This document shows positions 48,153-56,160 of a stretch of DNA of 64,000 bases, in pieces. Position 1 is the stretch's first letter. Each line of letters begins with the position of its first letter. A model generated the notes under the pieces. The model did no database searches and was not told the origin of the DNA. It saw only the letters and a list, made by a program, of their open reading frames with translations. Made by a program: the position numbers and the translations under genes. Origin of the DNA: Oceanispirochaeta sp. (GTDB lineage: Bacteria; Spirochaetota; Spirochaetia; DSM-2461); contig CAXXOA010000002.1 in the NCBI GenBank assembly GCA_963666275.2, forward strand, positions 576,001 to 640,000, written 5' to 3'.

Positions 48153-49876
48153 TGGCCTGGGGATTCAGCACCATACTGGAAGAGTTTAAACAGGATTACT
48201 ACGACCCTACTGATCCTATCGACCGGATGGTATACGAGGAGAACCAGAGAAAGCAGAACTTCTCCTTCGGGATCGTCACGGACAATCAGGACCCGGATAA
48301 ACGGGGACGTATCAAAGTGCATTTACCCATGATTGCCAAAAACTATATCAGTAAATGGATCTGGATATTCCGCCCCTACGGGGGAGACAACAAAGGCATC
48401 TGGGCCCTGCCCGATATAGGTGATCAGGTCATGATCGCTTTTATCAGAGGCGATATCCATCATCCCGTCTGCATCGGAGGAATGTACACGCCCCGGCACA
48501 GGCCTCCGATCAAAGACAATCCGGACAACAACATCAAAGCCATAAAAACCAAAGCCTGTTACCTTCTCATGGATGAGACTCCCGGAGAGGAACGGATGGA
48601 AGCTTCTATCAAGGATGGACAGATCCGCGTGATGATCGATACCAAGGGGGTTCATCTGACCAATGAGCTGGGTGGAATTGATATACAGTGCAGGAAACTG
48701 GCCATTGCCGGAGGAGCTTCTACGATTCAGACTGAAAAAGACCTGAGCATTAAGACAGGTGGTAATCTGAACATGGAGGCCAAGAGTAACCTGGCCATCA
48801 GTGCCGGTGGGGATATCACCATAAAGGGAAGTACAGTCGACCTGAAGGGAAGCACAGGCGTCACAGCCGAGGGCAAACAAATTGCCAAAGAGAACGACCC
48901 TGTGGCAGGTATGGACATGCATGATATAGAAGTGCCCACCAATAGCGGAACCAAAAAGGTTCCCGCCGTACGCCACCCCTATCTCGGTAAACTGGTGGAT
49001 AAACTGAGCGGGGATGTCACCATCGGCGGCAAGGCGGCGGCTACTCAAGGCTCCAAGAGTGAGTTTGGGGCTCCAGGGCACTTCCCCATGCTTCCGGGAA
49101 TCAAGTTTTCCAGCAACCCCGACAATATGGGAGAGGTCACAGGCGGCTGTATCGACAGCGTGAAGATCAACGGCAACCCTGCGGCGGTTATGGGCAGCTC
49201 TGTAACCACCTGCGATGACGCGGGCCAGAGTGACCAGTGCAAGGTCCTCGCTCCCGGTACGGTAGTCACCTTCCCCATTCAATACCCCGGTCAGGACCCG
49301 GAGCAGTACAAACGAGACGGTGGGTTACCTATCAATGTATCAAACCCGACGGTGTATACAGCGGCGGAAGCGGCGTATGCCACGGAGCCCAAGAGCCTGA
49401 CGGCCCTGCAGTGGAGCGCCAGCGAAGTCAACAAAGGGGAAGAGGTCACCCTGAGCTGTTCCACAAGCGGTGTGAAAGATGGTGCGGGGGTGATGTTCAG
49501 TATCTATCCCGAAGGGGCGGATACGGAGGTGGATCCTCCTTTGATGGATATCAGGGGAGAGAACAAAGGCAGCCGGGCTGAGGTGAAGTGGATTGCCAAG
49601 GATATTCGGAAGGCTGATGGGGATCAGCCTATGAAGTGGTTTTTTACGGCCTGGACGCTGTATTGTCCGAAGGAAACGAGCGGGATGATTCGGGTTGTTC
49701 AGCCCTATAAACATAAATTTGTTAACAAACAAAATGAACCTTTAGCTAATCGAAACTATACACTTCGATATTCATCGGGAAACACACTTCAAGGGACAAC
49801 TGATGGTGATGGGTATATAGAGATTGATGACCTTCATCCTGGAAAGTTCAAGATAGAAATTGAGGTGGCAGAATAA
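48152..49876 (+). CDS. Phage baseplate V (gp5/VgrG OB-fold) - PAAR-like - TTR-like fusion spike protein
   Basis: GIVTDNQDPDKRGRIKV..LPDIGDQVMIAF..PVCIGGMY (gp5 OB fold); beta-helix; VTIGGKAAAT and VKINGNPAAV (PAAR-like); PLANRNYTL..GTTDGDG (TTR-like). Confidence 0.8.
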   Translation: MAWGFSTILEEFKQDYYDPTDPIDRMVYEENQRKQNFSFGIVTDNQDPDKRGRIKVHLPMIAKNYISKWIWIFRPYGGDNKGIWALPDIGDQVMIAFIRGDIHHPVCIGGMYTPRHRPPIKDNPDNNIKAIKTKACYLLMDETPGEERMEASIKDGQIRVMIDTKGVHLTNELGGIDIQCRKLAIAGGASTIQTEKDLSIKTGGNLNMEAKSNLAISAGGDITIKGSTVDLKGSTGVTAEGKQIAKENDPVAGMDMHDIEVPTNSGTKKVPAVRHPYLGKLVDKLSGDVTIGGKAAATQGSKSEFGAPGHFPMLPGIKFSSNPDNMGEVTGGCIDSVKINGNPAAVMGSSVTTCDDAGQSDQCKVLAPGTVVTFPIQYPGQDPEQYKRDGGLPINVSNPTVYTAAEAAYATEPKSLTALQWSASEVNKGEEVTLSCSTSGVKDGAGVMFSIYPEGADTEVDPPLMDIRGENKGSRAEVKWIAKDIRKADGDQPMKWFFTAWTLYCPKETSGMIRVVQPYKHKFVNKQNEPLANRNYTLRYSSGNTLQGTTDGDGYIEIDDLHPGKFKIEIEVAE

Positions 49877-52209
49877 TGGGAAATAAAGTAGTAGTTTTTG
49901 ATGGTGAACAGAATGATCCAGAAGATAAGATCAGCTACCTTCTGGAACCATTCATAAATATCTTTCCCCGATCCAAGGATAAATGTTTTACCACGATTGA
50001 ATGGGAAGAGGAAGCCGCAGGAATAGCGACATCCTATGTTTTCAATAATGAATATGTAAAAGAGTTTTCACTTAATGATAAAGTAAATAATTCTTATGGA
50101 GAGGAAATCCCCGTTGATTCATTCGGCTTTAAAAAGATTGACGGACTATTTTATGTAGATCTCAGACGAAAGCTAATCTACACAGATATACACGGAGAAG
50201 TACAGGCGGATGTATATGGTTCGACCAAAAAAATTAGTTTTTTCTTTGAAAGAGCACTGGGAGAACATAGGCTGTTAAAACAGAATATAACCTATGTTTT
50301 TAATAAGATTTACGATTTTTTTACTCATCACATAGGGACTCCCGGAGAAGAGGCATACGGTATTGAAGATGGCCTGAAATGCTATGAAGAAGTTGTTTTT
50401 CGTATAACTGGAGAAAATCAAGGCATTACCCTTCTTGATGAGCACAATCAGGAATATACCGAATATCATATTGATACATCAGATATTCAAACAGATGTTA
50501 AGGGTATGCATGAAATGCAGCTTCTTTTTACCGGCTCGTCTGATGCCATCAGTAATGACAGTATAGTTACCATTGAGGTACGAGGTTTTTCCAAAAACGA
50601 TTCTGAAGGAGAGATATTAGCCTCGTTGGATATTACCCTCATGACAAACAAGCTTCTACCTTCCATAGATACAATAAAAGAAGAAGACTTCAATATATGG
50701 GTTTATCCAGGAGAATCAGGAGAAGAATCTGAGCATAATGGCATCCAGAGATTGAAATACATATGTAATCAGGTCATTTCACGGCATAAAGGAATAAGTG
50801 ATTTTCATTTTCTTACTGAAAACGGAGTCTACTGCGAAGACATGAAGGGTGCTCTGGCTTCCTATTTAGAAAGTTTTCCCCAAACGGAGAATACTGGGTT
50901 CTATCCTTACGGAGATAAGCTGACCACCTTGGGATGTAATCCGCTAATAGAAGAGTATTTTTCTACTGAATACGGGATTCCTAAAGATAAAATAAAAGGA
51001 TGTTTCGTTGATAAGAGACTTCTTATTGGTGATGAAACAGGAACTGAACTGAATAAAACAGACGGACTGATAGATCTTTATGAAAACGTAGTTAAAGTTT
51101 TTCAAAGGAAGTTTGTCGAACGGGCTAAAGCATACGTAGACGTTTCCCACAGCTGGTTTAGCAATGCCTCCCAGAACCCCAATTACAAAATGGGCACGAT
51201 CACACTAACCAGTGATAGAACCACGAATGATGGTAAAACATTACCTGCAGGAACAGAGGTGAAAGTTTCCTATGAATTTAATGCTATAAAGAAGGGCGAT
51301 GATGGTGCAAAGGAAGATGATTACTCGGCCAAACTACCATTTGATGATGAAGGAAACCCTAAAGCGGGAGAATATCAGATTGAGGCAACCCTTAATGGAC
51401 AGAAAATAAGCAGTAAGGTCTCTTTATCGGTAGAAGACCTAAAAACAAGAGTAGATGTTAATCATAATGAAAACAAGGGAAATTATGCTAAAAATATAGC
51501 AGGGACAGGTAGTGAAGACTTCCAGAATTGGGGGATGCCATATGGGTTTGGAAAAAAAGACACCCTGGAGACTCATATGGGAAGAGAAACTATTGACACA
51601 GGAAACCTTAAGAACAGAAGTGAATATAAAGAAAATAATGACAAGAGCATCTATCCCGGTGATACGGAGACGAGAAGGCCAAAGATATTCGGTATAGACT
51701 GCTCCGGATTTGTGGAAAACTGTCTGAAAGAAATAACCTTTGGTGATTCCAATAAAACAAAAATTGTGCCCTTCGACAATCTGAAAGGCCAGGGAGATTT
51801 TTACACAGGTAAAACAGAACGGATTTCCCGAACTATCCCCACAACCGAAGAGAGGAATGAAAGGATAAGGATCGGCGATCTGTTCTGGAATGATGGGAAA
51901 AATGCTCATGTAGCCATTGCTTATGGAAAAGGTGATGAAACGAATGAAGAAGCGGAACTTTCGTCGGAAAAGGAAACAAAGGATGGAGCGACGATAACTT
52001 TTCTAGACCATAAAAAGATTGAAATTATTCATGCTTATGGGAATTCATATAGGTTAAAGGCGGATAGTTACCAAGTAATAAATACGGTTACTAAAGAGTA
52101 TACCGATACAATTAAGGCATGTGTGGCAAAAACTGTTAAGTCTCCCTTTCAATTATGGTCCACAGAAATTGGAAACAGAAACATAGGTAGGGTTTACCTA
52201 TGGAAATAA
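49876..52209 (+). CDS. Putative effector with C-terminal NlpC/P60-like cysteine peptidase/amidase
   Basis: PYGFG..GIDCSGFV..GDLFW..HVAI..IIHA; no signal peptide; TAATG coupling to the spike gene. Confidence 0.65.
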   Translation: MGNKVVVFDGEQNDPEDKISYLLEPFINIFPRSKDKCFTTIEWEEEAAGIATSYVFNNEYVKEFSLNDKVNNSYGEEIPVDSFGFKKIDGLFYVDLRRKLIYTDIHGEVQADVYGSTKKISFFFERALGEHRLLKQNITYVFNKIYDFFTHHIGTPGEEAYGIEDGLKCYEEVVFRITGENQGITLLDEHNQEYTEYHIDTSDIQTDVKGMHEMQLLFTGSSDAISNDSIVTIEVRGFSKNDSEGEILASLDITLMTNKLLPSIDTIKEEDFNIWVYPGESGEESEHNGIQRLKYICNQVISRHKGISDFHFLTENGVYCEDMKGALASYLESFPQTENTGFYPYGDKLTTLGCNPLIEEYFSTEYGIPKDKIKGCFVDKRLLIGDETGTELNKTDGLIDLYENVVKVFQRKFVERAKAYVDVSHSWFSNASQNPNYKMGTITLTSDRTTNDGKTLPAGTEVKVSYEFNAIKKGDDGAKEDDYSAKLPFDDEGNPKAGEYQIEATLNGQKISSKVSLSVEDLKTRVDVNHNENKGNYAKNIAGTGSEDFQNWGMPYGFGKKDTLETHMGRETIDTGNLKNRSEYKENNDKSIYPGDTETRRPKIFGIDCSGFVENCLKEITFGDSNKTKIVPFDNLKGQGDFYTGKTERISRTIPTTEERNERIRIGDLFWNDGKNAHVAIAYGKGDETNEEAELSSEKETKDGATITFLDHKKIEIIHAYGNSYRLKADSYQVINTVTKEYTDTIKACVAKTVKSPFQLWSTEIGNRNIGRVYLWK

Positions 52210-53537
52210 AAAGGTACTTCTTGTTATTAACAATATTTTTACAAGGATTTTTTAACCTTATGGCGAATGATGTTCAAATAACTAGAAAAGAAAAAATGGG
52301 TTGGATTACTCCTCAGGAATTGAATATGAGGGGAGGTATGGAAACATATGAGGGTATACATAGTCTTACTCTTGATGGAGATCACAGGCCTGTATTAAGG
52401 GTTGGAAGAAGATCTTCTTATACCACAGATGAAAACTTGAATCTTTATTTGAGAAATGATGGTTCCAAGTTTATTGATGATACTTTTTTTTATTCAAAGG
52501 GAGAGACATATGTTCTGTCTGGTAATCTAGAAGAGTATAAGTTGCAAATGAGAAAATCCATTGACAATGATTTTAAAGTTATTCTCAATGTTGAACATCC
52601 TGAATATATTAGCACTGGATATGGAGCTTCTCAATGCATCCCTCAAGCTAGTGGCGATGTGATATTTTGGGAAAGAAATACCGAGAGCTGCCTCCGAGCA
52701 CTCTACTCCGTAGAAAAAAACACAGTTAGCCCCCTCTTTCCCATTGATGAAAATGACGCATTTTTTCTCCGTTTTATCGACGAATACGGGTACCATTATT
52801 TTTACAATGAAGTCCTGGATATCAATGGAAATTATGTCGCCCCCTTGCAGTGGGCCGTTCCTGAAGGAGATTCAAAATGGACTCAAGGCGGGAAGATTCA
52901 GGGGGGTAATTCAAATAATTTTTTCTATAGCTTTGTCGAAACAGAAGGGAATGAATATAAAGACGCTGCTGATAGCTGGGAATATGAAACAGGAATAAAA
53001 ATTTACTCCATCTTCCGTTGTAAAGAATACTGGGAAGTTATTTATGAAGGAGTCGCTCCATTAAATCAAGTAATCACCACGCGACGCGGGCCAGTGCTAA
53101 GTATTGCTCCTCCCCTGAAAAATTACACAAGCACACAATTGGAAGAACAGATCTACAACAACACCACCATGGATGAAGAAGGTCGCATCTACTACATGGA
53201 ACTGGATGCGGATGAACTGCGAGTTATGCGGGTCACCGTAGATCTGGATGTAAAGTTTATAAAATGGGCCCGTGACGGTATTACAGAAGCTCAAGTCTCT
53301 ACCCCTCCTGATGAGATTGTCTGGTATCTGGAACAGGCTACCCCGGAAGAACTCAGACTGTTCCGGAATGCCTTTTTTGCTTTGAAAAATTACCAATTTA
53401 AAAGTGATGATTTAACAGATTACTTCAGCCGGTATAGCTGGTACAAACCGAATCATTCCGTAAAAGCGGATGCAGCATTGCTTTCTGATAATCAGAGACG
53501 GCTTCTGGATTTGATTAGGCAGTATGAAGAGAAATAA
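52200..53537 (+). CDS. Exported YARHG-domain protein (putative immunity)
   Basis: Signal peptide; C-terminal ELRLFRNAFFALKNYQFKS.DL.DYFSRYSWYKP; overlaps the effector stop. Confidence 0.7.
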   Translation: MEIKRYFLLLTIFLQGFFNLMANDVQITRKEKMGWITPQELNMRGGMETYEGIHSLTLDGDHRPVLRVGRRSSYTTDENLNLYLRNDGSKFIDDTFFYSKGETYVLSGNLEEYKLQMRKSIDNDFKVILNVEHPEYISTGYGASQCIPQASGDVIFWERNTESCLRALYSVEKNTVSPLFPIDENDAFFLRFIDEYGYHYFYNEVLDINGNYVAPLQWAVPEGDSKWTQGGKIQGGNSNNFFYSFVETEGNEYKDAADSWEYETGIKIYSIFRCKEYWEVIYEGVAPLNQVITTRRGPVLSIAPPLKNYTSTQLEEQIYNNTTMDEEGRIYYMELDADELRVMRVTVDLDVKFIKWARDGITEAQVSTPPDEIVWYLEQATPEELRLFRNAFFALKNYQFKSDDLTDYFSRYSWYKPNHSVKADAALLSDNQRRLLDLIRQYEEK

Positions 53538-53545
53538 TGTATGCG

Positions 53546-55117
53546 TCAAATAAACACAGGCCCTTTATCAGCCGTAATGTTATCTTTTAAATTCCATGGT
53601 AATAATTCTTCCCATTCTTGTTCATTATTGATGAACGGAGCTTTAGAGAAAACATAATGCAGATAATCAAAGGGATTCAAGTTATTTTGTTTTGCAGTCT
53701 CAATCAGAGAATACATCCCGCAGGAACTGTCTGCCCCTTTGGGATTCCCGGAAAATAGCCAGTTTTTCCTCCCCAGAACAAAAGGACGAATAGCATTTTC
53801 ACTGGCATTATTATCCGGAGTCAGATAGGGGCTTTCCAGATATCGAATCAAATAATCCCATTGATTCAATGCATAGTGAACCGCTTTTCCCAAAGCACTT
53901 TCCGGTAGAATATTCTCAGAACGTTTATCCAGCCATCGTTTAAATGCATCAAGAATAGGCTCAGCCTTGCTTTTCCGTTGTTCCTGGAACTCTTCAGGAG
54001 ATAATTTCTTACTCCTTAGATCATTTTCCAAGGCATAGAGCTTCTTGATATGCTTGATTCCTTCCAGAGCACTTTTAGATTTTTTACTGGCTTTATCAGC
54101 CTCAAAGAACTTCCTTCTGGCATGTGCAAAGCAGCCTACCAGATGTATATCGGGATTGCCTTCTACCGCGGTTTTGTATCCTTGATATCCATCGGTTTGC
54201 AGATACCCTTTAAAACTAGTGAGAAAATTCTTTGCATATTCCGATGCCCGTGTTGGATGGTACTCATAATAAACAGCTTGTTGTCCCGGAGGACCGCCTC
54301 TGGACAGCCACATATAGGATTTCTGTTTGTTATCCCGACCTGGTTCATTCAGAACCTGTACGGTTGTTTCATCCATTTGGATCACCGAACCGGATTTTAT
54401 GTGGGTTTTCAGCAGTTCAAAGAGAGGGAGAAGAGCTTCATAAGCCTTTTTCTGCCAATTACTCATATTCTGACGGCTGATTCGGGCTCCCATACGCTCA
54501 AACCGCTTTTCCTGTCGGTAAAAAGGAAGATGGTCTACGTACTTGTTTACCATCAGAAATGCCAACAGACCGGGAGTGACAATCCCTTTGGGGATAATGG
54601 TAGGCTCCGGAGGGGCAATCTTTACAGCAGGAACATCTTCATCGGCGGTTCCTTCGCAATTACCACAGGCATATTTTAACCGGACAATCCGTTCTACCCA
54701 GATACGGGGAGGGATCACATGCAGTTTCTCAGAGATTTCTTCTCCGATTTTTTTCAGTTCTGTTCCGCAGGCACAGTTTTTTTCATCTTCAGGAATATCA
54801 ATAATCCGTTCTTTGCGGGGAAGGTTCTCATCCAGAGGCTTTCTGCCTGTTTTCTTACGCTTGTAAGAATCTATTTGCTGTTCTTCCGAACAGTCTTCCT
54901 CAGGAGTCACAGCTTCATCTGTATCAAATAATTCAATCTGATCAGGAATATTTTCTGCTCTTCGACCGAATTGACGATGCAAAGCCAAAGCCAACTTCTC
55001 TTCAAGAAGCTGATATTTCTTTTCCCAGTTCTGATTCTGGGCTTCTGATTCAGCAAGTTGCTTTTTCAGAGATAAAAATTCTCTTTGTGCTTCCAACGGA
55101 AGAGAAGAAATATCCAT
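53546..55117 (-). CDS. tnpC: IS66 transposase TnpC
   Basis: C-x-C..C-xx-C Zn finger, HLPFYRQ, QMDET, LQTDGY, CFAHARRKF, DNNASENAIRP. Confidence 0.95.
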   Translation of the reverse strand: MDISSLPLEAQREFLSLKKQLAESEAQNQNWEKKYQLLEEKLALALHRQFGRRAENIPDQIELFDTDEAVTPEEDCSEEQQIDSYKRKKTGRKPLDENLPRKERIIDIPEDEKNCACGTELKKIGEEISEKLHVIPPRIWVERIVRLKYACGNCEGTADEDVPAVKIAPPEPTIIPKGIVTPGLLAFLMVNKYVDHLPFYRQEKRFERMGARISRQNMSNWQKKAYEALLPLFELLKTHIKSGSVIQMDETTVQVLNEPGRDNKQKSYMWLSRGGPPGQQAVYYEYHPTRASEYAKNFLTSFKGYLQTDGYQGYKTAVEGNPDIHLVGCFAHARRKFFEADKASKKSKSALEGIKHIKKLYALENDLRSKKLSPEEFQEQRKSKAEPILDAFKRWLDKRSENILPESALGKAVHYALNQWDYLIRYLESPYLTPDNNASENAIRPFVLGRKNWLFSGNPKGADSSCGMYSLIETAKQNNLNPFDYLHYVFSKAPFINNEQEWEELLPWNLKDNITADKGPVFI

Positions 55118-55158
55118 AAGAGAATTTTAGCAAAGACAGGAATTTGAGTAAATTCCTT

Positions 55159-55506
55159 TCAGGCAATTTCTGAATATTTTAATGTTTCGTGGGCTTTCCA
55201 GAAATCTATGCCCTTCAGAAGCATAGAGAGTTCTTCAAAGCTGATGGCTTTAGCAGCTTCTTCCGTATCTGGCCAGGGGAAGCGGTGCTTCTCCAGACGC
55301 TTCTGCCAGAGGCAGAAGCCTGTCTGATCCCAGTAAAGGGCTTTCAGAATCCGTCTCTGTTTATTACAGAACATAAAAAGAGAGCCGCAAAAAGGATCAA
55401 GAGACATTTCATCCTGAACTTCTACCGCCAAACCATTAATAGCTTTCCGCATATCGGTAACACCGGGTCGGATAAATATCGTGATTTGAGAGAAATCCTT
55501 AATCAT
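55159..55506 (-). CDS. tnpB: IS66 accessory protein TnpB
   Basis: TDMRKAINGL, LYWDQTGFCLWQKRLE. Confidence 0.93.
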   Translation of the reverse strand: MIKDFSQITIFIRPGVTDMRKAINGLAVEVQDEMSLDPFCGSLFMFCNKQRRILKALYWDQTGFCLWQKRLEKHRFPWPDTEEAAKAISFEELSMLLKGIDFWKAHETLKYSEIA

Positions 55507-55801
55507 TGCACTGTTCCAAGGTCTGAAGCAGTTTTTTCAATGTGATTGTATCAAAGTTCCGATCCAGTTTTATCCGGTAGCCATTCCATTGTAACTCAAT
55601 GGATGAGCCTTTGACTGTTTCCTTGGGCAATTTAACAGGAACTTCAACCAAGGATGGAGTTTTACGGTCATACCGCTTTTGCCATCCGTGGAAAGTCGTT
55701 GTTTTCAGTTTTTTATCCCGGCAGAACTGACTTACAGATTTTCCGGACTGTTTCCACTCTGCCAAAAGAGCGTAGCGCTGATCCATTGTGTATTGTTTCA
55801 T
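55499..55801 (-). CDS. tnpA: IS66 accessory protein TnpA
   Basis: WKQSGKSVSQFCR..TFHGW HTH. Confidence 0.88.
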   Translation of the reverse strand: MKQYTMDQRYALLAEWKQSGKSVSQFCRDKKLKTTTFHGWQKRYDRKTPSLVEVPVKLPKETVKGSSIELQWNGYRIKLDRNFDTITLKKLLQTLEQCND

Positions 55802-56036
55802 AGTAATTCTCCTGATGGAGATTGTACCGGGATGACTGGGAGATTTTTAGATGCGGTTTATTTGACGCTTACGAAATAATGTGTATCTGATGGTATTTAT
55901 ATCAGCTAAATTCTGACGCCAATACCGACGCCTTTATTATACAAACCTAGAAGCATTATATGGAAAACTTACTACATAACAGCTTCTTATGCGGTACGAT
56001 ACAGCCCTATACGTACTGCATAAGGACACTGTACAA

Positions 56037-56149
56037 GTTCAAGTCCTAGTGGGCCCACTAAGCACTCCATTTTTGGAGTGCTTTTTTTGTGTCTAAACGC
56101 TTGTATTGCATGGGTTTATGGTGTTTGGGATAAACCGGGTGTCTGGTTT
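56037..56149 (+). repeat. Right att repeat (duplicated tRNA 3' end and terminator)
   Basis: Direct repeat of 47419-47531. Confidence 0.92.
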
Positions 56150-56160
56150 GGAAGTAAGCG

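Larger units (their letters stand above)
53539..55872 (-). mobile_element. IS66-family element, copy 1 (2334 bp)
   Basis: Ends GTATGCGTCAAATAAAC / GTTTATTTGACGCTTAC; 8-bp target duplication GAAATAAT (53531-53538 and 55873-55880). Confidence 0.95.
47440..56088. mobile_element. tRNA-anchored genomic island without an integrase gene
   Basis: Bounded by the duplicated tRNA 3' end; AT-rich cargo; contains IS66; no recombinase ORF. Confidence 0.85.

Noticed and set aside
48152..53537. Prophage
   Set aside because: No capsid, terminase, portal, tube, sheath, replication or integrase genes
55159..55506. TnpB as an RNA-guided nuclease
   Set aside because: 115-aa IS66 accessory TnpB, unrelated to the IS605 RuvC TnpB
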